Assembly: GCA_963722255.1 (NCBI GenBank)
Contig: CAVRJO010000001.1
Location: 128,001-192,000 of the forward strand
From: Candidatus Babeliales bacterium
GTDB lineage: Bacteria > Babelota > Babeliae > Babelales > JANWKD01
DNA: 64,000 nt
Direction: 5' to 3'
How positions within the stretch are numbered: the stretch's first letter is position 1; each line of letters starts with the position of its first letter. The position numbers were made by a program, and so were the translations under genes. Shown here piece after piece: positions 42,448-53,042 of this stretch. Under the pieces are notes generated by a model, which saw only the letters and a program-made list of their open reading frames with translations, made no database searches and was not told where the DNA came from.

Positions 42448-43662
42448 TTATTTCGTTCTTTCTAAAATCCATTTCGTAATCACATCTAACACCACTGGTG
42501 AAATGGTTTGCACAAGAGCTCCATATTCTGCCATAGATCCCGTTTGGCATTCTTGAAACCAATGGTTCATCTTGGGTAATTCAAGAATAGTAAAATCTCT
42601 ATTACCATTTTCCTTCAGAGCATGCACAATAACTTGCAAATTCTTTTGCGACGATGTGATAAAATCACAATCGCCATTAAGCGCTAGCACTGGAATGGTA
42701 ATTTGCTTGAGTGTGTCAACGGGAATATAGTTCAAGAAAAACCGATACCAAGGCGAGTTAAACATGCCGATAAGTTGATCCGCTTTTGAAGATGTAAGTG
42801 CAAAAGGAAGCTTCTCAGCTTCGCTTCGCAATGATTCAGGTAAATTGGACCAATAGTCTGCAAGAAGTTTATGCATATGCTTGGCAGCAACCTCACAATC
42901 AATTTCTCGCTTTACTGTTTCAAGCAACTGTTTTCTGATTTTATTATCTTCAGCTATCATAAGATCTGATGCTCCATCAGCATGCAGCTGGCACGCAGTT
43001 TGATCAACGATACTTTCAATATCCATAACTAAACCTGCTGCCGCTAGCAATACTATAAAAGCAACATCTTTTGATTGTGCTGCTACCATTTGGGCAATCA
43101 TGCCCCCTTCACTATGGCCAAGCAACCCAATTTTTTGCGGATCTATATCAGCTCGCGTTTTTAAATAATCTATCGCAGCTTTAACGTCATCTGCAAAATC
43201 TTGGCTCGTTAGTGAGGCACTGTAGTTTCCGGTAGATTTTCCAACTCCACGTTTATCATAACGCAAAACCGCAATTCCTCGCTGAGTTAAATAATCCGCT
43301 ACAACTAAAAATAATTTATGGCCAAGCATTCCATAATCACGATCATTTGGCCCCATACCTGAGATCAAAACAACCGCTGGAAATGGTCCTTTGTTTTGTG
43401 GCAACGTCAAGGTGCCAGCAAGCGTTACCTGAACTGCATTATTTTCAAAGCAAACATCTTCTTGTTTATAAGTAAATGGTCCTTGTGGCGTTTGTGGTCG
43501 ATTTGGTTGTTGAGCCGGTGTTTGCTGCATTTCTTCATTCTTCATTTCGTTTTTTCTTTCATTAATTTCAGATTTAAGCGCAGTTGCATAGGTCTGTAAC
43601 AATAACAAACTTATACAAAAGGATACGATACCTGTTCTGCATTGCGCATACAACATGTGCAT
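42448..43662 (-). CDS. Secreted alpha/beta hydrolase
   Basis: LAGTLTLP, RYDKRGVG, GLLGHSEGG, NHWFQ. Confidence 0.9.
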   Translation of the reverse strand: MHMLYAQCRTGIVSFCISLLLLQTYATALKSEINERKNEMKNEEMQQTPAQQPNRPQTPQGPFTYKQEDVCFENNAVQVTLAGTLTLPQNKGPFPAVVLISGMGPNDRDYGMLGHKLFLVVADYLTQRGIAVLRYDKRGVGKSTGNYSASLTSQDFADDVKAAIDYLKTRADIDPQKIGLLGHSEGGMIAQMVAAQSKDVAFIVLLAAAGLVMDIESIVDQTACQLHADGASDLMIAEDNKIRKQLLETVKREIDCEVAAKHMHKLLADYWSNLPESLRSEAEKLPFALTSSKADQLIGMFNSPWYRFFLNYIPVDTLKQITIPVLALNGDCDFITSSQKNLQVIVHALKENGNRDFTILELPKMNHWFQECQTGSMAEYGALVQTISPVVLDVITKWILERTK

Positions 43663-43900
43663 TTTTCCTTTTCAGGAGTTTTGGGCATTATTCTACCCAT
43701 TGGGAATATAATTTAGAAATAAGAAATATCAGTAAAAGTAAAAGTATTACCCTGATATTTTAGTTGAAATGAAGAGAAACTTTCATAGCGCACCATCGGC
43801 TTTCTGAAAAAAATATTACTATATTTTTATGATAGCACATACAAAAAAATAATTCAAAAAAAATTGTAATTCTAAAAATCTTCAAAATTTACATTTAAAG

Positions 43901-44293
43901 TTATTCTATAGCAAAATTAAAGTAACTTGAATCTAGGTTAGCAGTAAAAGGCTCATTCTTTAAGGTAAAATGCCACCATTCTTGAGCAGAACCTTTAAAT
44001 CCATGCTTTTCCATAACTGTTTTCAAATAGATTCTTAATTTTTTAAACTTTTCTTATATAAGATTATTTTTCGAATATGAAGGGGTATCAAATAAATCAA
44101 ACGATGAACCCATATCAACAGCCCCATCATCAAGAATTTTAATCGTATAGCCATCTAATAATGTACGATCTTTTTCTTGAATTGCATGTAGATTTTCGCC
44201 ATCTTTGATAAGAGTCAAATCAACCGTACTGCCTCTGCTATGCCCTGAACGTTCTGCAACATATCCCAACTCAAAGACATCTGCTTTATTCAC
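43901..44293 (-). pseudogene. D-Ala-D-Ala dipeptidase C-terminal remnant
   Basis: [28 protein letters not shown], in-frame stop at 44054, then QEWWHFTL; N-terminus absent. Confidence 0.85.
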
Positions 44294-45609
44294 ACTTTGA
44301 AATGCATTAAGCGATTGGATTGTGGCATTAATTTTTCTGCGATATTTAATGCAGAGGCTATAGCACTTTCATGCGAATCAAGATTATCCATATAACATCC
44401 TGCAAGCCAAAGGTTATTTTCCCCTTGAACATTTTTTAAATACGTTTGTGTTTTAAAATATTCCGGCATTACTTTTTGATGATTAAAATGTTCAAGTGCA
44501 TATAATGGCTCAGGCATTAAAGGATTTTTGCCGGGTAACCAACTTCGGAAAATAGGCGATGCTTCATTCAAATGCCAAGGCTTATAAACCGTTAATGCGC
44601 TGTGCTGACCATCATATTTTACATTAGCAACTGACCAATCCGGTTTTTTGGGCATAAATCGCTGATCTCCATGCACAGCAACGAGAACGGGAAATGATTC
44701 AAATGATAACAGTTGTTTGTATACTTTTTCTGCTAACACAATCTCTTTTAAAAGTAGCGCTGCTTGTTGTGGGTCTGTTGCAATAATGAGATGATCAACG
44801 TTCGTCTTGCGGCCATTTTTTTCTATAATTAGATAGTTACTTTGTTCATACATGTGCGCTTCTATGGTAGCTTCTTTCCTAATAGTGGTTTTTTCTAATT
44901 GTGCAACAAGAGCATTAATATAAACTGAAATACCACCAACAACTTCATACCATTCTTGTGGTTTTAAGGTTACCGCTTTTTGCGTGATCCATGAAAGTAT
45001 ATCATACGCTGAAAATTGTTTAAACGCATCAATACTACAACCCCAACCTGCTGTTAAAAATGGATACAAAAAATTATTTTTAAACTTTTCCGATAAAAAT
45101 AGAGTATCAGCAAACTGCTCAATGGTTACTGTATAATCTGCATCTCTTGCAAATCTTCTACCTTGTTGTAAGAGATACATAAATTGCAATAACGTTGATA
45201 ATCGTGAAGGATGAAAAAGCTGTTTAAGCATTCTATGGGCATGCTGAGAAGATAAGGTTAATACACCTTCTTGTGTATAAAAACAGTAGGTTAAGGGAAA
45301 AGAAGCAATAGGTACGTGTAAGACATTAAGCAACCGATTAAATTTTGGGAAAAGCCAAGCATTAAAAAATTCAAAGCCAATTTCTATAGGAATATTCTCA
45401 TTATCATGTTGAACAACAATAGTATGTGCATGACCACCCAAACGATTTTGTTGCTCAAAGAGAACTACTTCACATTCTTGATCAAGCAACCACGCAGTTG
45501 TTAATCCTGCAGAACCAGCCCCTATTATGCCAACCTTCATGATCGTTTTTTTAACATAATCATGGCCCCCTTTTACAAAAATTACCACCTTTACTGCAGA
45601 GGCTAACAC
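44290..45609 (-). CDS. FAD-dependent oxidoreductase (amine oxidase-like)
   Basis: [31 protein letters not shown]. Confidence 0.85.
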   Translation of the reverse strand: MLASAVKVVIFVKGGHDYVKKTIMKVGIIGAGSAGLTTAWLLDQECEVVLFEQQNRLGGHAHTIVVQHDNENIPIEIGFEFFNAWLFPKFNRLLNVLHVPIASFPLTYCFYTQEGVLTLSSQHAHRMLKQLFHPSRLSTLLQFMYLLQQGRRFARDADYTVTIEQFADTLFLSEKFKNNFLYPFLTAGWGCSIDAFKQFSAYDILSWITQKAVTLKPQEWYEVVGGISVYINALVAQLEKTTIRKEATIEAHMYEQSNYLIIEKNGRKTNVDHLIIATDPQQAALLLKEIVLAEKVYKQLLSFESFPVLVAVHGDQRFMPKKPDWSVANVKYDGQHSALTVYKPWHLNEASPIFRSWLPGKNPLMPEPLYALEHFNHQKVMPEYFKTQTYLKNVQGENNLWLAGCYMDNLDSHESAIASALNIAEKLMPQSNRLMHFKV

Positions 45610-45791
45610 AAGATAAAAGGCATAGGGAACAATTTAAAAAATCAATGCTATGAAATTTAGAGCATCAACAAGAATAACTATTTAGTTCTTATACATACTA
45701 CAAAGATAATCAAAGAAACAGCCTACGCTCCTTTATCTGGAGGTAGGCTGGATAAATTACCATAATTGACAGTGCTGTTTTAAACAATAAA

Positions 45792-47153
45792 TTATGCTTG
45801 TAATAAGGCAATAAGTGATCTATTATTTTGGAATTGTGCTTTATACAAAGGAGTTTCTCCCTTATTATTACGAGCATTTTTATTACAATCTTCTTTCAGT
45901 AATAATTTTGCTGCTTTAAGACATCCATAATAAGCAGCTTCATGCAAAGGATTATTGCCATCTCGATCTCTTTTATTAACTGCTTTGCTTTTTTCATCAA
46001 GCAAAATTTTTACGAGTCCGGTTAGATCGGGATTTCCTGCTGCAATATGTAACTCAGATTTACCTTCGATTAAAAACTGATACTCAAGATTCTGGTTGTT
46101 TTTCTCATTCATCACAAGAATTTGTGTAATAATAGTGCGGATTTCTCGTGAATCTTCTTTTCTTACATTCGTGTTCCAGGTGAGTAATAACGCTTTTAGA
46201 GCGTTAAATATCATAGGACGTTGTTCATTTGGATAGGCACGAATAAAACCGAGTATGAAACTTGTCAAAGTAATTTTATACCAACGATTAAAATCTAAAC
46301 CTTTTATAAAACCCGGTTTACCCCATTCAATAACGAATGGCGAAGTAACAAAGAGAAAGCTCAAATCACTGCTAATATCTGATGGATGCTCAATTGTATT
46401 GGTTATACGCTCGTTATCAATAAGAGTAACAAGACGGCTTTTTGCGTCATAAAAAATATTTCCATGGTGCAAATCATTGTGAATGATCGTGTGATTCAAA
46501 GTACCATGGTTCTGGTAAAATTTTGCCATTGCCTTACCAAGATCATAATATGCCTTACATGCAAGCGAAATGACGCTTTGATCATAAGGATCATGTTTAA
46601 ACTTCTCCATAATCGATTGCATACATATGCCCTTCGCTTTTGGCATTATGACTAAAATGTGCTCTTTATTATGATGCACATAACGCACATAATCAGTTGG
46701 AAATATAGCTTGCAAACTACCCTTGCTTTTTGGGTAAATGTAACGTTGTAGACACGCTGCTTTACGAGCACGTTCTAAACGTTCGATTTCACCTCTTGGA
46801 TCTTTATCTTGTTTAATTTCTTTGACAATATAGGAACCACCATTTGCACATTTGACTAAAAACAACTGCTCATTTGCCCAACTTGCAGCAGACTCTTTAG
46901 TCAGTGTTCGTGCTTCTTGTATCTCTTTAAAACTAGCAGAAATTTTACCTTCTTGAGCAGCCCGTTTTAAAAATCTTGTTACGTCATTATGATGTAAAAA
47001 ATGGCCTTTATTGCTGAAACGCACACCGTCTAAATTTTGAACAATTGCTATTTTTTTTGTATTAGAAGGATCTTTTTGAGTAGATTGCCCAACTGCACAA
47101 ATAGGTAAAATACTAAAAAAAGTAGCCAATAATAGGTGAGTATATAAATTCAT
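45792..47153 (-). CDS. Secreted protein-kinase-like domain plus ankyrin repeats
   Basis: YIVKE, HNDLHHGNIF, LIDNE; C-terminal GKSELHIAA, GNNPLHEAA, GETPL. Confidence 0.8.
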   Translation of the reverse strand: MNLYTHLLLATFFSILPICAVGQSTQKDPSNTKKIAIVQNLDGVRFSNKGHFLHHNDVTRFLKRAAQEGKISASFKEIQEARTLTKESAASWANEQLFLVKCANGGSYIVKEIKQDKDPRGEIERLERARKAACLQRYIYPKSKGSLQAIFPTDYVRYVHHNKEHILVIMPKAKGICMQSIMEKFKHDPYDQSVISLACKAYYDLGKAMAKFYQNHGTLNHTIIHNDLHHGNIFYDAKSRLVTLIDNERITNTIEHPSDISSDLSFLFVTSPFVIEWGKPGFIKGLDFNRWYKITLTSFILGFIRAYPNEQRPMIFNALKALLLTWNTNVRKEDSREIRTIITQILVMNEKNNQNLEYQFLIEGKSELHIAAGNPDLTGLVKILLDEKSKAVNKRDRDGNNPLHEAAYYGCLKAAKLLLKEDCNKNARNNKGETPLYKAQFQNNRSLIALLQA

Positions 47154-47631
47154 AACATAACCTCCAAAATAGTTAAAAACAACTAAATAATCCTAAAAAT
47201 CGCTCTTTTAACGATTAAATTAAGCAATATTTCATATTAGAAATATATAATATAGTATAGCAATACTATAGAAAATGGCAACCGGAAAGGTAAGGATATA
47301 AGGTTGGGTTAGCTATTTCTTTCTGAAAGTTGCGGTACCAGGGTAGTATTCAGAAGTCTTTCCGATTTCAAGATACTTGCAAAAATCATCAATTTCGAGC
47401 ATTTGTTCCTTTAATTGTTCATGCGGTGATAACGTAAGAACAACAGGGCTGATCTTAATGTAAGGAATACGCAACACCTTCAAACTTTTCTTATCCATGA
47501 AAACATCCTCGATCATGGGAGTTTAGACAATATCTTGCAAAATAGTCATATATGATTAAAATTTGAATATACTTTGTATTAAAAAATATTTACAAACAAT
47601 ATTACATTAAATTAATTCCCTAGGAGCTTAA

Positions 47632-48432
47632 ATGAAAAGAAGATTATTTTTTTTATTTACTGTAATTTTTTTGATTTCTGAGCAGTTGGATGCTATGCAT
47701 AAGTCAAGAGGTGTCACTAAGTCAGCTCTTAGAAGTAACTTTCAATTTGCAATGCTTCGCCACAATTTACCATTATCTTCACTACACTCAAGCGAGCAGT
47801 TAACAAAAAAAGAAATTTTTACGACAAATCAAAGAAGTAAATTATTGAGCCAAATTCCAATTACTTCAACTAAGGTAACTGCAGAATCAAATCAAATTAA
47901 TTCAATTGGTAAGTGTAATTTGGGGACAGCACTTACTGCATTTGTAATTTGGAGATCAGTGAAACATCTTATTGATATTTATGATGATAATGATGTATAT
48001 TCTTTTAACGTCGACCCAAATGATCCATGGTGTCAAGTCAACCAAGGAATAGTGCATTCTCAAAAAGGTGATACAGAAAAAGCAAAGCATTATTATTCGC
48101 TTGCTGCTAATCAAGGTTATTCTATTGGGCAATATAATTTAGGGGTGCTTAATTTTAAAGAGGGAAATATAGAGGAAGCACTACGTAATTACTCACTTGC
48201 AGCTAATCAAGGTGAAACTTCAGCTTTAATTGCTCTTTGGGAGTATTATCAAAATACTGGCAATATAGAAAAAGCGAAACATTATTATTCACTTGCGGCT
48301 GCAAAAAATTGTCTTTGGGCACAAAAGAGATTAGATACTATTTATCAAGATGGAAAAGATAACAAAACAACGACTATTTGCAACGCGATTACTGATAATC
48401 AAAGCTTTAAAGAAATTGATTCGAATAATTAA
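47632..48432 (+). CDS. Secreted Sel1/TPR-repeat protein
   Basis: Repeated KAKHYYSLAANQG..QYNLG. Confidence 0.88.
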   Translation: MKRRLFFLFTVIFLISEQLDAMHKSRGVTKSALRSNFQFAMLRHNLPLSSLHSSEQLTKKEIFTTNQRSKLLSQIPITSTKVTAESNQINSIGKCNLGTALTAFVIWRSVKHLIDIYDDNDVYSFNVDPNDPWCQVNQGIVHSQKGDTEKAKHYYSLAANQGYSIGQYNLGVLNFKEGNIEEALRNYSLAANQGETSALIALWEYYQNTGNIEKAKHYYSLAAAKNCLWAQKRLDTIYQDGKDNKTTTICNAITDNQSFKEIDSNN

Positions 48433-48536
48433 CTAAAGACTAGCTCTATTATAAGGACTCTGGTAGAAAATTATTGCTCAAATGCCTAGTAAAATGGTAA
48501 TATGGTAATTAAATTACAAGGCAAAAAGAGAAAACA

Positions 48537-49775
48537 ATGAATTATAAAAAAAGAATTTACGAATCCCTTATTACAGAGTTATCAAAAATATACAAAATTA
48601 TATTCTTAGTGGGAGCTCGGCAGGTAGGTAAAAGTTCGTTACTTTCCCATCTTTTCCCTTCAACCAAGATGTTTGTATTTGATCCCATTCAAGATCTTTA
48701 CAATGTCCGCAAAAATCCAGACCTCTTCTTAAAGGATTTTGGCACTCCCTTGATATTGGATGAGATTCAGTTTGTTCCTGAGTTGTTACCCTCCTTAAAG
48801 CGCTTTGCTGATCTTTCTGATAAACCGGGTCAATATTATCTAACGGGGTCTCAGCAGCTATCAATTCTTAAGAATGTATCCGAAAGTCTTGCCGGCAGAG
48901 TGGTAATCATACCTATAAACCCAATGACTCCCCATGAGATGTACGATGAATTTGATAAGGATAAAAATTGGTTTTTGAACTATTTAAAAAATCCAGACAA
49001 TTTCTTTAAAAATTCTCTGGAGAAGCTCAAAAACATGCCATCACGCTTAGAAGCTATTTGGCGCGGTGGCATGCCAGGAATCATTGATATCCCAAACAGC
49101 GCATTGCCCTTTTATTTTTCATCCTACGTACAAACCTATGTTGAACGGGACATAAGAACATTAGAAAACATCGAAGATCTTGCGACATTTGGACAGTTTT
49201 TAGGGCTGCTATCAGCATTGTCATCCCAAGAAGTAAATTATTCTCAGTTGGGAAGAGAGCTGGGCATTACCCCAAAAACTGCTCAACGATGGCTCAAGTT
49301 ACTCACCTACACCTATCAATGGACGGAATTACAACCTTTTCACATGAATAGTATCAAACGCCTTTCAGCAAAACCAAAAGGCATAATTTCCGATACTGGT
49401 CTTGCATGCTATCAACAACGAATCTCATCGCCAGAAGCTCTGGCTGCAAATCCCATGCAAGGAGCGTTTTTTGAATCCTACTGTTTTAACATGATTAAAG
49501 CTTTTTGCTCTTCACTACCCATGGCCCCCAACTTTTACCATTGGCGGACCTTAGCAGGTGCTGAAGTCGATATTCTTGTAGAAATTGATGGAACCTTCTA
49601 TCCAATTGAAATAAAATCAGCAACCAATGTCAGTAAAAATGATGTGCGCGGCATTCTCGCATTCAAAGAAACCTATCCTCATTTAAAGATTGCATCAGGA
49701 ATAGTTATCTATGCAGGCGATGAATGTTATCGAATTACAGAAAATATCATAGCGGTACCATGGGATTTAAAGTAG
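48537..49775 (+). CDS. AAA+ ATPase with DUF4143 C-terminal domain
   Basis: GARQVGKS, ILDEIQ, LTGS, ESLAGR, TYVERD, EVD..PIEIKS. Confidence 0.92.
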   Translation: MNYKKRIYESLITELSKIYKIIFLVGARQVGKSSLLSHLFPSTKMFVFDPIQDLYNVRKNPDLFLKDFGTPLILDEIQFVPELLPSLKRFADLSDKPGQYYLTGSQQLSILKNVSESLAGRVVIIPINPMTPHEMYDEFDKDKNWFLNYLKNPDNFFKNSLEKLKNMPSRLEAIWRGGMPGIIDIPNSALPFYFSSYVQTYVERDIRTLENIEDLATFGQFLGLLSALSSQEVNYSQLGRELGITPKTAQRWLKLLTYTYQWTELQPFHMNSIKRLSAKPKGIISDTGLACYQQRISSPEALAANPMQGAFFESYCFNMIKAFCSSLPMAPNFYHWRTLAGAEVDILVEIDGTFYPIEIKSATNVSKNDVRGILAFKETYPHLKIASGIVIYAGDECYRITENIIAVPWDLK

Positions 49776-49793
49776 CGGCGCTAAGTTGTTAAT

Positions 49794-50130
49794 TTATGAG
49801 ACAAGTTTAACAAATTCTGTCTTTAAATCGTTCAATGAGCATTCGCTTTCAATTTTTCGAACGGCATAAAATTCTTGAGCTTCTTTTAAAATTGGCTCAA
49901 TATTCAAATGAAAATGCGCCAGCCGCTTCTTTATAATCGGTTCTGTATCAGTTTTTCGTATTGATAATTCAGCTCCACATTCACATTTACCTTTTTCTTT
50001 AGATGGTGCCGAAATAATATTATAAACCTTAGAACAATTCATACATACTTGTCGGTTTAAAACACGTTTTATACACACATCGTCATCCACTACAAATTGC
50101 AAAAAGATAACATCATCATTAGAACCTTTA
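49794..50130 (-). pseudogene. Adenylate kinase-like C-terminal fragment (LID domain)
   Basis: RVLNRQVCMNCSKVYN..CECGAELSIRKTD..IKKRL; no P-loop. Confidence 0.7.
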
Positions 50131-50254
50131 GGGGCCAAAGATGAACCATCATCAAATAGAAACAATAGATGAAAGTCGAATAGTTGCTTACTATCCCACA
50201 TTGTGACACAGTTAATTGATGGTTGCCATCTTTTAAAAACTAATAATATTACAT

Positions 50255-51168
50255 TAGACCTCTTCTGAAACTCATTTAACCAACTCAAAATTATAGATAC
50301 CCGCAATAAGATTGAAACGGAGCCCAAATCTTTTTCGTCGATTGCGATATTTGTCAGCAACTATTTTAAAACGTTTTATCATACCAATTACATGCTCATT
50401 TAAAACACGCTGGCTTGATAATTCTCTATTTCGTTGTTTATCTGTTAATGTTAAAGGATTTTTTTTACTTTTTTTCTTTGGCATAGAAGTATTATTATGA
50501 ATTTTTTTTAGACCTAAATAACCTGTATCTGTAAGAACTTCAGTAGATTTTGCGAAGTGAATTTTTGAAGTTTTGAAGAGTTTAAAATCATGTCGTTTAC
50601 CATCTGAAAAATTTGTACAAACAATTTCTTTTGTTTTTTTGTTTACAACTACCTGAGTTTTTATAGTATGACGTTTTTTCTTACCGGAATAAAATTTCCG
50701 CTGTTTTTTTTAGGACGTTCAATAGGACTTTCAGTTGCATCTATTAAAATAACTTCAAATTCATTATCGCTTTTCAGTAGCGCTTTTCTGCCAGGCAATC
50801 TAAATTCTTTGCTTTGAATAAGAGTATTTTCAACCCATCGTATTGCTTCAAATGCATTGCTTTCAGCAATGCCATAACTTGTCGCAATATGAAGATATGT
50901 TCGATATTCCCGTATATATTCAAGAGTCATCAAAAGCATTTCTTCAATACTGAGCTTATTTGGACGTCCTCCCTTTGCCTTTTTTATTTTTTGCGCTTCT
51001 TTTAAAATAGAAACCAATACTTCAAATGTTTTTCGTTTTACTCCAGTTACTCTTCTAAAGTTTTTTTCTGATGAAATTTTTAATTTTTCATACTTCATAA
51101 TCGCTTACCCTTTTTTTATAAATCGATTATGATTATGCCATAAAATTTATAGTTTCAGAAGAGGTCTA
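50255..51168 (-). mobile_element. IS5-family element; two-ORF transposase (50661..51098 plus downstream frame)
   Basis: 18-bp terminal IR tagacctcttctgaaact / agtttcagaagaggtcta; IDATESPIERPKK with an A-run frameshift site; RVLNEHVIGMIKRF. Confidence 0.92.
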
Positions 51169-51421
51169 TTAACTTTCTAGAAATAAAATGCAAAAGACGA
51201 AGCAGTGCGCTCAATTTCAAACTATTCTCATTAACATCAATATTTACATCTTCAGGACGGGCTTCTGCGATATTTTTTAAAGCTTCATGAAGCAATTTAT
51301 CAGCTTCATTTTTATCAAGGCTTTTACATTTTTCCAATACGGATGAAAAATATAAATCTGCCTCCTTAGGATCTTTTAATTTCTTGATTAAATCTGCATG
51401 AGTTCCTTGAGCATTTACCAT
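51155..51421 (-). CDS. Antitoxin-like DNA-binding protein, 3' end overlapping the IS5 IR
   Basis: LKDPKEADLYF..ALKNIAEAR resembles addiction-module antidotes. Confidence 0.5.
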   Translation of the reverse strand: MVNAQGTHADLIKKLKDPKEADLYFSSVLEKCKSLDKNEADKLLHEALKNIAEARPEDVNIDVNENSLKLSALLRLLHFISRKLIDLF

Positions 51422-51462
51422 TTTTTACCTCGTTATTTTTATGCGTTTATAGTTGTACTTCT

Positions 51463-52122
51463 TTAGAAAACCACTTTACTAAGAATTCTTTTATCAACAA
51501 TTTTTGTGCTTTTTAACATGAACTGAAAGGATCCTGGCGGCGCTTTCAATAATTGCTCAATGAATTGAGGGAACACTCGTGCCCTACGACTTAAATCTTC
51601 TTGTGACCAAGGATAAATTCCCATATCAGTAAGAAATTGAACACCGGCAAGAACAAATTCTGCGCATTCCAACGGATTATTTGTCTGAAAAATCCCTTCA
51701 TCGCAACCTTGCTGAATAACTTTGGCATATAAAGAAGCTTGTTTCATTAAAGCAGTCGCTAGAAGACGGGTGTGCATAGAACTATTACCACTCCGATGTA
51801 GGGGATCTACAATGAAATTATTAGATGCAGTCATATTACCAACTTTGATCAACGATTTAATTTTTTCTAAAGCAGTTCCCGTTGGGCTTTCAACAATAGA
51901 TTGCATCTGCTCAAAATTCTCATGCACAATATCTTCTATAACTGCTTCAAGAATAGCTTCTTTAGATTCGAAGTAATGATAAATAGTTCCTTTGGCGATA
52001 CCGAGGTAGTCCATCACATCTTGCATGGTTGTTTTGTCATATTCCTTGGATTGAAACAGGTAACGGGCAGCATTCACAATATCTGATCTCCGTTCTGTGG
52101 GTTTCTTTATAATTCTAGCCAT
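51463..52122 (-). CDS. TetR/AcrR family regulator
   Basis: LGIAKGTIYHYFESKEAIL. Confidence 0.93.
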   Translation of the reverse strand: MARIIKKPTERRSDIVNAARYLFQSKEYDKTTMQDVMDYLGIAKGTIYHYFESKEAILEAVIEDIVHENFEQMQSIVESPTGTALEKIKSLIKVGNMTASNNFIVDPLHRSGNSSMHTRLLATALMKQASLYAKVIQQGCDEGIFQTNNPLECAEFVLAGVQFLTDMGIYPWSQEDLSRRARVFPQFIEQLLKAPPGSFQFMLKSTKIVDKRILSKVVF

Positions 52123-52155
52123 GTTTAATCTCCGATCTTTTGATTGAATATAAAC

Positions 52156-52184
52156 AGCTTAGCATTAAACCGACCGTCGGTCAA
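52156..52184 (-). promoter_or_regulatory. tetR promoter with palindromic operator
   Basis: TTGACC-17-TAAGCT enclosing accgac-c-gtcggt (52169-52181). Confidence 0.7.
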
Positions 52185-52224
52185 TAGCCTTTTGATTATG
52201 GGTTATTTTATTTATATGACCAGA

Positions 52225-52771
52225 ATACCCCAGGCTTTTCAAGCCCGGGGATGAATGGTCATCCGATCAGAGGAAGTTGAGCAAGGCAGGCCTTTGCGAA
52301 GCTCCGAACAAATGGCATACTTATCTAAATGAGTAAATATTGGAAAAGTGCACATACAAAGCATAAAGTTATGTATCATATTGTTTGGATTCCCAAATAT
52401 AGAAAGAGAGTATTAAAAGGTGAAATAGCTGATCGAATCAAAGAGTTGCTTATCGAATGCGCTGAAGTGAATAGATGGCGTATAGATGAGTTAAATATAC
52501 AGATTGATCATGTACATCTTCTTATACAAATTAAACCAGATATTAGTGTCAGCAAAGCAGTTCAATTACTTAAAGGCAGAAGCAGTAGAATAATAAGAAA
52601 AGAATTTCCAAAATTGGAAGAATTCTACTGGGGTAATAATTTTTGGTGCGAGGGTTTCTTTGTAGAATCGGTTGGAAGTCTAAATGAAGAATCGATTAAG
52701 AATTACATCAAAAATCAATAAAATCTATCCTAATATGCGAAGCCACGGCTTTTAAGCCGTGTGAGCTTCAC
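52225..52771 (+). mobile_element. tnpA: IS200/IS605-family element with intact tnpA (52329..52721), no tnpB
   Basis: YHIVWIPKYRK, DHVHLL, KNYIKNQ; end hairpins cccaggcttttcaagcccggg and gccacggcttttaagccgtg. Confidence 0.93.
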
Positions 52772-52853
52772 TGAAGGCAACCGGTAAAAACCATTTAAAA
52801 GACCCAGGAGCTCTCCCAAGAAACCATATTTATTGTCATAATCACTTTAATGG

Positions 52854-52990
52854 CTAGCTCTATTATAAGCCCCCTAATAGAAAATTATTGCTCAATTGCC
52901 TAGTAAAATGGTAATAGGATAACTAAAATACAAGGTAAAAAAGAGAAACAAGGAGCGTTTTTTGAATCCAACTGTTTTAATATGATTAAA
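52854..52990 (+). pseudogene. Internally deleted duplicate of the AAA/DUF4143 locus
   Basis: Matches 48440-48537 fused to 49458-49499. Confidence 0.8.
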
Positions 52991-53042
52991 AAAATACAGT
53001 CTTTCTAATAAATAAATCATCCATTAAACTCTAAAGTGCCTT

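Noticed and set aside
49794..50360. 188-aa ORF as a full adenylate kinase
   Set aside because: The N-terminal part reads through IS5 and unrelated sequence and has no P-loop.
52225..52771. TnpB/IscB RNA-guided system
   Set aside because: None of the IS200 elements here carries a tnpB or iscB ORF.
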